The notes: a model not told the origin generated them from the sequence alone. DNA of 64,000 nucleotides from Candidatus Poribacteria bacterium (GCA_965208325.1 OZ242326.1:1568001-1632000); one strand, 5' to 3'; shown: positions 20,675 through 31,000, numbered from the stretch's first letter. Numbers and translations are program-made.

Positions 20675-21127
20675 TTAGATTGCTCCTAGCAATCGCGTCG
20701 TGTCAAGGCTAACGTGTTCTTCAAGCAATTCGCGGAATGCCGCAAGTATCTTCAGGGCTTGGCGCCAGTCTTCGGGGCAATTGGAATCATACAACCGTCC
20801 GACCTGGGAAAGTGAATGTTCCGAAAATGGAGAACTTGATGGACCTTGGTGGCGCTTCGCTTGGATGTAAATTTCTGTAAGATGACGCAAACGAGCATCT
20901 ATGCTCAAAACTGGCTTGCGATGATCATCTTCAAGATCTCGAGCAATTTTTTCCAGTCTCTCAAAGAATGCAATTAAGATTGCTCTCGCGTGTTCTGCGG
21001 CCTCTTTCCTACCCAAATCCGGATCGCCATTCAGGTTTAACTTTCGGTGAATGGACAGTGTGTTAATTGCAGATAGGAGTTCTTGGCTACGCTGGAAACT
21101 CTGGATATTCAACCAATGTGTGTTCAT
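20675..21127 (-). CDS. Hypothetical alpha-helical protein (150 aa), pAgo-associated
   Basis: AGGAGG SD 8 nt before ATG 21127; amphipathic helical pattern; no recognised domain. Confidence 0.75.
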   Translation of the reverse strand: MNTHWLNIQSFQRSQELLSAINTLSIHRKLNLNGDPDLGRKEAAEHARAILIAFFERLEKIARDLEDDHRKPVLSIDARLRHLTEIYIQAKRHQGPSSSPFSEHSLSQVGRLYDSNCPEDWRQALKILAAFRELLEEHVSLDTTRLLGAI

Positions 21128-21175
21128 CGGATTTTCCTCCTGAAACAATTTTCAGAGCGACATTCAGTAACCTCC

Positions 21176-23386
21176 TCATTGCATCCGTCTAATTTCTTGC
21201 TGGGCTCTTTTGGTGAGTTCCTCGTCAGTCCGTTTGAGTTCAATCGGCAGGCGCTGAGCTACGCGCGGGTTGGACCAGTTTAACTGTGAGGCCGAATACA
21301 CATCTTGTGCAACTTCAGACATGTTAACATTATTTTGACGTGCCACTAACATAAGAGGTTCAACCGTACCTTGAGGAAGGGTTGGGACACCAGTGTTGGC
21401 AAGGACTATTGTTTTGGAACCAACTATACAACCCGTCCCTTCTCGAACATTGCTAACCTGCCCCTTGTAATTTCTAAACCACATTCGAATCCCTTTGACA
21501 GTTCGTTTGTGGAGATCCACGGTGTTGATACGGACATCTTCTTTCAAAAGACCATCCTTGATAAGTGCTTTAACGGCCCGCTCAATGCCATCCAACTCGT
21601 TTCCATATTGGCGCCCGTCGCGAATGACTAAAATTGATTGAAGAGGATCAAAGGAATTTGGTTTGGTTTGTTCAAACAATCTAAGTATAGCATCTTTTAA
21701 GACCATTTCGTTGATAGTTTCATGTTTCAAATCTGGTTTAACTGAAACATGAGTCCTCAAACTGAAGGAGGGGAGCAGTGATTTTGCTCGAGAAATATGC
21801 AGTGACACCGCAAAGTATCGTCGATCCAGTCCAACATCAATAGCAAGATGAGCATCGTAATTCATTGGTGTGTCTAGTCTCCATGGAACGCAGTCCAATT
21901 GCTGGAGGACATCTAGAGCGTTCATCTCAATAAAAGAATTCCAATTTTTGTTATTATGAGAATTCGCTATTGACAATGACTTGACCCGTTTAACACGCCA
22001 GCCGGGTAATTCAAATGAAACTTTGAAATAGGTGGCAGGATCTTCATCCTCAAATACAAATACAACTATACCAGGTCTAGATTTCTCACGAAGGCGTGAA
22101 AGAGAAGTATCAACGCATTGATACAGATCCAAGTTAGAAGAAATTTTCCTATTTGTCCAGCAAGACAAACAAGAGGTGAGATCTGTAGCGAATTGATTTG
22201 CGGTGACCTTATCAATGAAATTAGGCATTCGAATAAAGATTTCGCGGTGTATGGTAGGAGGAACATCCAAACAACCAACCCGCCTCAAGAGTTGCAATCG
22301 CGTTTGGTAATAGTTGCGATAGGCTTTCGGTGTATTGGCCTGGGCGGATAGGATATTTTCTTCGGCGAATCTCAGCTTTGGAGCTCCCAGAGACAAGCTT
22401 TGTTCCCGAGGAATCCAAAACAACTTGGACACTGAAGGTCTATCTGAACCTAAGGGACAGTCGCCTAAATTAGCCCAGAATGCTTCAATCTGCGCACACC
22501 TGTCTGCAGGATGAATTTTATCCGCTTGTTTCAATGAGCGAGGAACGTCATCATTCATCACACGCAGACGAAGTTTGTTAGCCGCAACAAGCCGCGGGCG
22601 ATCTATGTTTGGGAAGGAGACCTTCGCCACAGGATCCTCAGGTTTTACATCCAAATAAGGCCTCTCCATTTGGTAGTAATCATAGAGAGAGGAATAATCC
22701 TTGTTCTTTATTCTGAATGATTCTGTGGTGGCGCAGGTTGTCTCAGAAAACTCTTCAAAATAACATTTCGTCTTATTCCGACCCGAATCATACAGTAATG
22801 TAGCTTTCTGACCTTTCTGGCGGCGACTCAAGTCTTCAAATCGTTTGGCATCTCGCTCTCCGCCTTCAAAATAATCTGCCACCGTAAGTAGAGAAAAGTA
22901 AGCAGTGCCGACATCCACGATAAGACCTATTCCTTCTCCTTCAATCGGAATGGACGATATTTCGTATCGTCTGTATGCCGCGACATCATTGGCGGCCTTA
23001 AAAGACTTTGATTCATAGAAAATACGCGGAGTATCCAGAGTCCACAGATTCGTGTGTTTACCAATCTCAATTAGGAAACACCGCTCTAACAATCGTGCTA
23101 ACATTGAAGCCTCACTTGGATGAGAACAACGAAGGTGTTTTGTCCCGTTGTCGCGGATTTCCACTCTCCAATCATCTTCTGAGATGACCCTGGGATTCAC
23201 GGGCATTGCCGTAGCAACTAGAATGCCGTCTGGACAATCGACAGATGCCAGTCCTTGTCTTCGGAGCGCGTTACATACTTTTTCCTTCAGGTCAGGAGAT
23301 ATGTCCTGACCCGTAAGACTTACTAAACGGGTAGTGAGGCGTAGATTAGACCCAGGAGCAACAATACGAATGTTGGTTTCAACCAT
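21176..23386 (-). CDS. Long prokaryotic Argonaute (N-L1-PAZ-L2-MID-PIWI) with DEDD tetrad
   Basis: L1 (GIGLIVDVG), PAZ (SLYDYY), MID/PIWI junction (LDCVPW), PIWI AIDVG (D517), HET (E556), IRDG (D590), QGT.EP, LNWS, RLP..LKRTD (D721). Confidence 0.88.
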   Translation of the reverse strand: MVETNIRIVAPGSNLRLTTRLVSLTGQDISPDLKEKVCNALRRQGLASVDCPDGILVATAMPVNPRVISEDDWRVEIRDNGTKHLRCSHPSEASMLARLLERCFLIEIGKHTNLWTLDTPRIFYESKSFKAANDVAAYRRYEISSIPIEGEGIGLIVDVGTAYFSLLTVADYFEGGERDAKRFEDLSRRQKGQKATLLYDSGRNKTKCYFEEFSETTCATTESFRIKNKDYSSLYDYYQMERPYLDVKPEDPVAKVSFPNIDRPRLVAANKLRLRVMNDDVPRSLKQADKIHPADRCAQIEAFWANLGDCPLGSDRPSVSKLFWIPREQSLSLGAPKLRFAEENILSAQANTPKAYRNYYQTRLQLLRRVGCLDVPPTIHREIFIRMPNFIDKVTANQFATDLTSCLSCWTNRKISSNLDLYQCVDTSLSRLREKSRPGIVVFVFEDEDPATYFKVSFELPGWRVKRVKSLSIANSHNNKNWNSFIEMNALDVLQQLDCVPWRLDTPMNYDAHLAIDVGLDRRYFAVSLHISRAKSLLPSFSLRTHVSVKPDLKHETINEMVLKDAILRLFEQTKPNSFDPLQSILVIRDGRQYGNELDGIERAVKALIKDGLLKEDVRINTVDLHKRTVKGIRMWFRNYKGQVSNVREGTGCIVGSKTIVLANTGVPTLPQGTVEPLMLVARQNNVNMSEVAQDVYSASQLNWSNPRVAQRLPIELKRTDEELTKRAQQEIRRMQ

Positions 23387-23389
23387 TAT

Positions 23390-24280
23390 TTATTCCTTTG
23401 GACAAATACTTTGGAAACTACATTGGGCACAAATTAAAGGCTGGGCGCAAGGCGTAAAGGCGTCAGCAATTGCCTGTTTACCATATTCGTGCATCATTTC
23501 CATTCTCTCCAAGTCCTGAATAATGCGTCCTTGCGTGCGGGAAACCTCGCTGTCTGATACTTTGGACGACTCTACGGTATTGTCTGATAAATAAATGCAA
23601 TAAAGATCGATTCCGTCTGGTTGGCAATTAAACTCCTTGATGGCGCCGAGTGCATATGATAAAAGCTGCAAACTATCATCATTGCCTCCTGCTTCTCCGA
23701 TTTTCCAATCAACCACAGCGATGCGGTCTCCAGTTGGATAAGCTAAATCTAGTTTGCCACGCATGGTGAAGTGCTTGGTTTTGATGCTGAAGTTTTTTTC
23801 TATTAAAGCCTTAGTATGACGAGACCCACGGTGGAAATCAGCAAATTGTGGATTCATGGCAAAGTTGCGAAGGGCATCAAGCATACGTGATTCAGATTGC
23901 AAAAATAGACGCCCCGCATCGTTTTGACAATTATAGAACTCCATCAACAAAGAAGGCGGATAAGGACCCTTTGGGAGAGCATCTCCGCGCTTATAACTAT
24001 GTGAGTAGGAATAATCTCCCTGAGAAATTGACCGTGCCCAATTGAGCAGTCGATTAACGTTCCAAATTTCATCGTTTTGAAGTTTCCTCAAATAAGTCTG
24101 AATGACCAAGTGCAGAATTTTCCCAGCTTGAAGATGCCGATTGGTTAAAGCTTTAAGGAAATACAGATCTCGCTTTAACGGTTCAGCTTTTGCCGTAGTC
24201 TTGTTGGCGCCATAGTATTGATAGTAATAGGCTCTAGGACATCGATTAAAAAGACCTCGCCGAGAGTAGGACCACTGCAT
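23390..24280 (-). CDS. Cas4/AddB-like PD-(D/E)XK nuclease with Fe-S cluster cysteines
   Basis: WSYS..RCPRAYY, GKLDL, VVDWKIG, QLLSY, C-terminal CxxCxxxxxC; stop 3 nt before the pAgo ATG. Confidence 0.85.
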   Translation of the reverse strand: MQWSYSRRGLFNRCPRAYYYQYYGANKTTAKAEPLKRDLYFLKALTNRHLQAGKILHLVIQTYLRKLQNDEIWNVNRLLNWARSISQGDYSYSHSYKRGDALPKGPYPPSLLMEFYNCQNDAGRLFLQSESRMLDALRNFAMNPQFADFHRGSRHTKALIEKNFSIKTKHFTMRGKLDLAYPTGDRIAVVDWKIGEAGGNDDSLQLLSYALGAIKEFNCQPDGIDLYCIYLSDNTVESSKVSDSEVSRTQGRIIQDLERMEMMHEYGKQAIADAFTPCAQPLICAQCSFQSICPKE

Positions 24281-24485
24281 AAAGTTATCTTAGCTCCCCA
24301 AGATTGATTTCGTTTCGTATCATAATAACAAATTTATGAAGAGAATGCCAAGTAGCTACATCCTCGTTCCTGCGAAAAACAACGCCATTATTATTTCTCA
24401 ACATGCGGTTTGACCTCTCAATCTAGCAAAACAAGTCAGGCGCGGACTTCTTGTAGAATATCATCGAACAATCTAAACTAGCGAA

Positions 24486-25400
24486 TCACAATTCATGGTA
24501 ATTTCCCTTAAATACCGCTCCATCATGCCAACTTATGAACTCATCCGATGGGTAGTTTGCCTTTTGGTCAGGAAGGTTTATTGGTTTGCCGTGAAAATTC
24601 ATCAGCCAGTCATCAAATCCCACCGATCCCTTGACATCGCGAGATACTAGAATTTCTCGTGCTTTAGATAGGGTGAATGCCCCGCGGTCAAATAGTTTAT
24701 GGTGCAGTGAACATAGAGCCAAACCATTCACTGGTTCATCGGGGCCATCATGTGTGTGCCATTTGATGTGCGCGGCATCGAGCGCAATATGCGAGGACCT
24801 CAATTGGGCATCAAAACTACACACAGCACATCTAAATTTGTAGAGTTCCAGAATTTGCGGACGGAATTTAGGATCGCGTCGCCGTTTGGTAGAAATCTGG
24901 ACTGGATATCCAATTACAATTGGCCGTATGGGAATGTCAAATCCAATTTCTAATAATATGTCTTCATGAATTGTTACCGGAAAATGTTTGTATAGAACAA
25001 GTGATAATATCTCAAAAGCCAGACCAGTGTCGCTCTGGAATTCACGAAAGATGTCCTCCGTGAACCCGCCGGAAGCGTTGTGAAGGCGTAAGTCGGTAAC
25101 TTTGGCATCGCCCTTAGAGGTCAAGCCAATTTTTCCGGCAGGTGTAACCTCCCAGACATCGTCCTCTTGTAACCGCCAAAAGGGATAATGAGTTCCTCGT
25201 TTAGAGCTTCTGGGTGCAAACTGTTGTAATAATCCTCCAAGGATGCCGTCAATCTCGCTGTAAGGAATCAGGCGGGTTCCATCACGGAAGAATCTCCGAA
25301 TGGCATACAGAACGAGTAGTGGTTTGTGCGGTGCTCTTTCGCCGCGCCTAGTCCAGAGATTCAAGTTTTCAAATAGTCGAACGATTTCTTCTCTCTGCAT
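24486..25400 (-). CDS. SBD-HNH phosphorothioate-DNA-binding restriction endonuclease (EcoWI/SprMcrA-like)
   Basis: Sulfur-binding-domain motifs APHKPLL and YPFWRL; C-terminal CAVC, AAHIKWH, NGLALCSLHHKLFDRG. Confidence 0.8.
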   Translation of the reverse strand: MQREEIVRLFENLNLWTRRGERAPHKPLLVLYAIRRFFRDGTRLIPYSEIDGILGGLLQQFAPRSSKRGTHYPFWRLQEDDVWEVTPAGKIGLTSKGDAKVTDLRLHNASGGFTEDIFREFQSDTGLAFEILSLVLYKHFPVTIHEDILLEIGFDIPIRPIVIGYPVQISTKRRRDPKFRPQILELYKFRCAVCSFDAQLRSSHIALDAAHIKWHTHDGPDEPVNGLALCSLHHKLFDRGAFTLSKAREILVSRDVKGSVGFDDWLMNFHGKPINLPDQKANYPSDEFISWHDGAVFKGNYHEL

Positions 25401-25447
25401 TTTTCAAGCTGTGCTCGTTTGGGTGACGAATTGCATATTTTACGGAA

Positions 25448-26281
25448 TCACAAATTACAAATCAGGCACGGCTCCTCATCATCCTCGTCATCAAGGACGT
25501 TGCCAATGATTTCAAGCAACGGACGATTCGGTTGGGATGCCTTTGCCCGATCCATCGCTTTCCTGTAGTTTTCCTTGATTTGCTTAATTCTTTCAGTATC
25601 AGAAAGTTCTACAAGGCTCTCGCCTTGACTCCACGTGAATCTCTCACCGGTTTCATCGTTAAACTTCTCGTAACGCTTAGCAAGTTCAAATAGGTCGGGG
25701 TGATTTTCCATCAACCCAACCCATTCGGCTTTACGTTGGTAGAAGCAGAAGTAGCACCCGGAGCGGGTTCGCCAATTGTAGTATTCCGGTAGTCCAAGAC
25801 CGCTTTCCTCCAGAATACGATAGACATCCGTCTCGGTAATGCCGTCCTCTTTGAACGGGTATTTGGGTTCAATGTTTCGGAGTGCAACGGTCTTGAGGGG
25901 TTTGTAACCGACGCGGTCTTCGTCGGCACGGATGGCGACGTAGTTATAAGCGAAATCGTCGCCGACGAATTCCTCAAAGGGCTTGATTTTGAGCAGACGG
26001 GTACACCAGCGCACCTGCGACGACGGCAGCAGACCGCCGAATACCGAAAGCCAGTGGTCAAATTCGCGCTCGGCGTTAAGCTTTTCAACCTTCTTGCCCA
26101 GAAACGCTTCCAACCGATCGAGGAATTCGTAAGTCTCCGGCAACTCTTTTCCGGTGTCGCAGAAGGCGTATTCCATCTCCGGCACTTTGTCCCGCATGTA
26201 AACCGCGAGTGCGGAGCTATCTTTGCCGCCGGAGAGGCCGAGGATGTGGCGTCTGGTTTGTTCTGTGGAATCGTTTATCAT
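25448..26281 (-). CDS. sspD: PAPS reductase-family protein (SspD/DndC-like)
   Basis: PP-loop LSGGKDS, RWCT..LKIKP, RSGCYFC, C-terminal CLIC; context with DUF4007 and ATPase. Confidence 0.7.
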   Translation of the reverse strand: MINDSTEQTRRHILGLSGGKDSSALAVYMRDKVPEMEYAFCDTGKELPETYEFLDRLEAFLGKKVEKLNAEREFDHWLSVFGGLLPSSQVRWCTRLLKIKPFEEFVGDDFAYNYVAIRADEDRVGYKPLKTVALRNIEPKYPFKEDGITETDVYRILEESGLGLPEYYNWRTRSGCYFCFYQRKAEWVGLMENHPDLFELAKRYEKFNDETGERFTWSQGESLVELSDTERIKQIKENYRKAMDRAKASQPNRPLLEIIGNVLDDEDDEEPCLICNL

Positions 26282-26662
26282 TGGTTTGTTCTCTGGTTTC
26301 TACGCGGGTGTTGCACTTGTCAGCTTACTATTACTCACATCTTAATGACGATGCTAGGAACAGCGATTAACCCAATCTACAACCTCCCCTAACCCCTCCT
26401 TAGTAAGGAGGGGAATGATTATTGTAATGAATAGACAAGGCGTTCTCACATTGGGAAAGGCATTTTAAGACTAATGAAGGCGTAAAACTATCGCCTTCGC
26501 TATTCGCTCAGTTGATCCCTTGTCAGGGGGGCTTTTAAGCCTCTTTTCATATTGTGCCATGTGTAGATTAGAACGTCACGTGCTCGGTCATTGATGATAT
26601 TGGTCACGTCTTTACTGCCAATCATGCTGTTTTCTCTTCCTTTGGCTGTACACGAACATTTT

Positions 26663-26944
26663 TCAGTCACTGTTGTCCATGTGTAATTTTAACGTCACCT
26701 TTGTGTCGCCGATGTAGAACGTGTTGTTGACAACAGGTAGTGGTGCTGGTGTATCAAAGATGACTGTTCCGTTCACCACCTGCCCCGTTAATTCAACTGA
26801 TTTTACCGAGTGTTTGTGTTCTAATTCTGCAATCGCTTTGAGAAATGTAGATGGTTCAATTCGGTCATCTTCACGGTCAATGAAGGTCTCAACTAATTGA
26901 TTGAACTCTGCCGTTGTCAGGTCAGAAATCGTCTCTTTTTGCAT
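26663..26944 (-). CDS. Hypothetical protein; C-terminal segment resembles AF2212/DUF104 antitoxin motif
   Basis: GGAGG SD; ELTGQVVNGTVIFDTPAPLP. Confidence 0.55.
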   Translation of the reverse strand: MQKETISDLTTAEFNQLVETFIDREDDRIEPSTFLKAIAELEHKHSVKSVELTGQVVNGTVIFDTPAPLPVVNNTFYIGDTKVTLKLHMDNSD

Positions 26945-26950
26945 CGTCGG

Positions 26951-27775
26951 TTACCCTCCTTGAGCGGATTGAATTTGCAAGATATGTAGTTTCCATTGCT
27001 CATATTCTAAGGCTGTTAGCGTGATATTGTCAATGGTAAATGCAGCCGGTGAGTTCAGCGACAACTCCTCAAGCGTTTTCTGGGTGGCAGCAACATCGGC
27101 AAAAAGCCTTTCCCGCATTCTTTCACGAAAAATTACCACTCTCAACCACTCCCGGCGGCGGGTGTGGTACCAGCGTGTGATGAAGAAATCGCTGTTGAGT
27201 TGTGTCAGTCGTGCCGTAGTCAGAAAATAAGTCGTGTATTTGATGTCTCCACGAAAGCCTTCGACAAGCAAATCATAAGGCGAAAACCTTTCGTTTCGAT
27301 TGGCGATATCGTGCGCACGGAACCGAATACCTGATGCTGATAGGTCACGACATATCGCTAACTCAAAGAGATAGCCACGTGAAAACGCTGCCCACCAATA
27401 AAGACAATAAACGAGCAAAATTCGACAATCGTTGTCATCGCGGTTAAAACCCTCTATTTCATCCAATAGTCGACAAATCTTCCGTGCGACTTTTGCTTGA
27501 AGGCGGCTACCCTCTACTTCTAAGGCCTCTAATGTAAGCAGACGAGCGAGGAAAGAATCGGCAAATTTTCGATCGATGTGTGTCGAGTAAAACTGCCGAA
27601 ATGTTTGTTCCTGTCTACCAATAACGGTAACGCTGTCGTCTAACAAACCGACTGCCTCCACCAAGGTCGACCAATCGGAAGATGAAAGAGTTAACTCATC
27701 TACCAAATAATGCAACAACACGCGGTGGTGTTCTTGGCGGAGTTGTGGATTCAATCGGACTTCATTTATTTCCAC
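26951..27775 (-). CDS. Hypothetical protein with putative PD-(D/E)XK nuclease motif
   Basis: GYLFE helix, then PYDLLV..RGDIK; overlaps the upstream gene. Confidence 0.55.
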   Translation of the reverse strand: MEINEVRLNPQLRQEHHRVLLHYLVDELTLSSSDWSTLVEAVGLLDDSVTVIGRQEQTFRQFYSTHIDRKFADSFLARLLTLEALEVEGSRLQAKVARKICRLLDEIEGFNRDDNDCRILLVYCLYWWAAFSRGYLFELAICRDLSASGIRFRAHDIANRNERFSPYDLLVEGFRGDIKYTTYFLTTARLTQLNSDFFITRWYHTRRREWLRVVIFRERMRERLFADVAATQKTLEELSLNSPAAFTIDNITLTALEYEQWKLHILQIQSAQGG

Positions 27776-28028
27776 GACAAATCTTCACTTTTAGGTGTTT
27801 ATCTCCAAGATTAAGAAGTGCCTCTCTGTTTGCTTTGGTTTCTCGAATTAGAAATCTCAATGCCTCATTCACGGATGCCGCGTTTGGAAACACCGCGGCA
27901 ACTTCAGGTTCTAGACGTACAACAAACCTACCAAAGTGATTTCGCTCAGGTCCCATTTTTCTCACTTGCAGGTCACTCAAGTGATATTCCGGTCGAAGTT
28001 CATCTTGCATTGTGCTCTTACCTGCCAT
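27762..28028 (-). CDS. BrnA/CopG-like antitoxin homologue (no adjacent BrnT toxin)
   Basis: DELRPEY, VRLEPEVAAVFPNAASVNEALRFL. Confidence 0.6.
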   Translation of the reverse strand: MAGKSTMQDELRPEYHLSDLQVRKMGPERNHFGRFVVRLEPEVAAVFPNAASVNEALRFLIRETKANREALLNLGDKHLKVKICRGNK

Positions 28029-28032
28029 TAAT

Positions 28033-31000
28033 TTATTCTTTCGCTGTCTGGTCTTCAATTTGCTCCATCAATTTTCGTGAGATGCGCGCGAGAACGGCGA
28101 GGCGAAGTTCTGCATCTCCATCGGCATCATAGGCGTCGAAAACTTCCTCAATTTCGCGCTGAATGTATTTTGCCTGTTCCTCGGCAGTCGGCGGTAAAGA
28201 AATGACCCGTTCTTGCTCCTTTGCTGTGAGCGTGGTGATGCCGACGCGCATGACTTCCCCTGCGCTATCCGCAAATCCATCGGATTGCATGTGCCGCTCA
28301 AATGATACGACTTCAAAGTGGTGAAACTTCCGTGCAAGTTCGGAGAAGTTCATCTCGAACTGGGTTGTATCGGAATCGTTCCACGATGCCGGAGGCTTTT
28401 GGACTATATAGGTGCCGATGGCTTCAAGCCAGTTCTTGAAATCAAGTTCACCATCACAGACTCGAATAAGAAAACCCTTGAGTTTTGTCTCAATGGTTAA
28501 CTCCAGCAGCGGTTCGGCTCGCCTATTGAGTTCCACCTGAATCGTCTCGGTGGATCCTTTCAATGAGAATGCTGAAGCAATGAGTTGTGCGAGCGACGTC
28601 AATAAGTCGTCATAAGCCCGATTTAGCTCAGACAATGCTCTACGCAATGTATTGAAAAATTTGCCAACAGTCGTTGAATCCATTTCTTCGTAAGGTCCAA
28701 ACGCATCAAATCCGAGTGCTTGAGGCAATTGAACGAATAGGAGTGTGTCCGGTTCTCGCGCATCGCTTATGGTTTTCCGCAATTCGATCGCTTCGCGGCT
28801 TAGGTCCTGAGTGAGCATCGTGTAGCGCGGCAGCTTGGCGACGAAACGGACGTGCGGCTTAACGACAGCTAGCAGGTTCGGCGGTCCCGTTGTGGTCGGC
28901 GGTTGGGAAAGGAGCCCCAAGAATTGCGAGAACACGTCAGATCGAAGCCCTGTCATTCGAAATCGCTTGAGTTCAAATTTCTCCGGCGATTTGATTAGCC
29001 GCTCAAAAACGGCGGACGAGATGTCCGTGACAAAGGAACCATCTTCGTAAAGTGCGATTTCGGATTCGTAATGCAGCAAAACCGCGCACAGCAGGATAGG
29101 TATAGGTCCATTTCTCAGACCGATTGGGGGTTTTTCTAGACGGTCATAGAGTTCTGAGATTCGTTGACGCTCTAATTCACATTCATCGAGAAACGTCTCA
29201 ATGGCTGACCAAGTATAAGACATCCTGCTGCCGTTATCTGAATTTGGTGGATGAAATCCCCATTCACCAGACTCGTTGCGATGTATGCCGGTATCGGAGA
29301 GTAAAGAGAGGTAAACGCTCATTTCCGGCGGATAGCCGTCGATACCGAGGTTCGCTTGATCTGCGCGTTCAAGCATCGCGGCGATGAGCATTCTTCGCGC
29401 GCGTGAGGCTGAGTGAGACAGACGGCGTTGATTGATGAGTTCATTGCGGATGATTGGCGCGTTGTGGTACACGTTGTCACAAATCGTAGAAAGGTATTCG
29501 TTCAACTCTCGCCTTGTAGCAATCGGTATTGCATTGCCGCGATAATACCAAGTACATTTTCCTTCGTGCTGTGCGGCGATGTTTGACCCGAATAGAGATG
29601 TCAACTGGTCAGATACGGCACGTTCCGCCTCCGTGGTGCGCGCCTTGAGTTCTCGCCGCGCCGTGGCGTCACCATCAAGTTCGGGGGTGTTAGTCTCAAC
29701 CCATCGCAAACGCGCAAGTTCAAGGACAGCCTCCTTCAAGAGACCGATAGAACGAGGAATCGCAACGATAACATCTTCGCGATCGGCGACGGATGCTTTG
29801 GCTGCTTTCTTTGCAAGCGTCTCGGCTTCAGATTCGCTTACTGGAAGGCTGTAGAGAATTAACCCGTCGGCATCATCTAGTGGAGATTTAATATCGGTTT
29901 CAAATCGTCCAACATCAGTGTATCGAACCACGAAATACCGCAATGTGCCGGTCAAATAGAGATGCCGCCGGGCAATGAGTGGTTGGGGCGGCAACAGCTT
30001 GGAAATAGTGGACGCCAATCCTTGATTTAAGTCAAACTGTGCCGCCGCTTCGGCGAGGCGTGATTCAATGTCAATGTCGCTTCCATCCCAGAGGGCGTAG
30101 GCGTCGTTGTACCGGCGGTAAATCGCAATCGATCGCTTTACCAATTCTGACAAGGCATGCTCAAATTCTTGAGAGAAAGTATGCGTACCATCGTCAAGCG
30201 CATACTTGAGTAGGGGTTTTGAGCACTTCAGATTTGCACTCACCTCCCCGACGGCTCCCAGTAGGCCGACGGTTTTTATGAGTTTCACGGTCATCGGCGA
30301 TGGGTTCGGCAACCGCGAGATTGCGGCTGCAATTCCCGCCCACTTTTTACCCTCGCTAGCGGTATACAGGCGGTTCCCAAGGGCGGTGTTGATATAGTCG
30401 TACAAATCGGGGAGTGTAAAGAGCGGCAATCGGTTGCCGTCGTATGAATGGGTTATAAGAAAATCTTGGAGCCCGTGGGGTTCGGCGGAGTTGAGCAGGG
30501 CAAAGAGTGAGCGTTCGTTTTGCGCGAATCGGCGGAAAAGCGAACCGACCATGAGGGAAACCGTCGGGTGAAGCGGCAGACAGTTTTCAAGGATTTGCAA
30601 ATAATCAGAGCTGCCAAGTTGGCGCGGTTTGAGCTCTAAATCTACCGAATCGGTGAGAACGCTACGATTTAAATCCTGCGGCGCAGTGACATCTCTTTCA
30701 ATGGCGTTACCAATCAGGCGGAGCACCTGTTCTGCCGGTTCCATGAAGGCGACATCCTCGAAACGTCCTTGAATTTTCGCCCACTCTTCGCGTTGCGATG
30801 CTCCCATTCGCTGTGCGTAATGTTCAAAGGCTTGATGGAGAATCGTTAGCAAGAGAAGAGGGGTTTCTTCGCTTCTCGATGCAAATTCCGCGAGGCTCTG
30901 CAGGACGAAAACGTCCCCTTGGGACGGGTGTTGCGCCGCATATTCGAGGAACTTGCCAAGCTCATCGACGACGAGTATCAGTCCAGCACCGCCTGCCTCG

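Noticed and set aside
23390..24280. CRISPR-Cas locus suggested by the Cas4-like gene
   Set aside because: No cas1/cas2, effector genes or array in the window; the gene is coupled to pAgo.
26501..26626. 41-aa minus-strand ORF (MIGSKDVTNIIND...) before sspD
   Set aside because: It is short, ends inside a repeat motif and has no recognisable family; it may be a remnant but cannot be supported.
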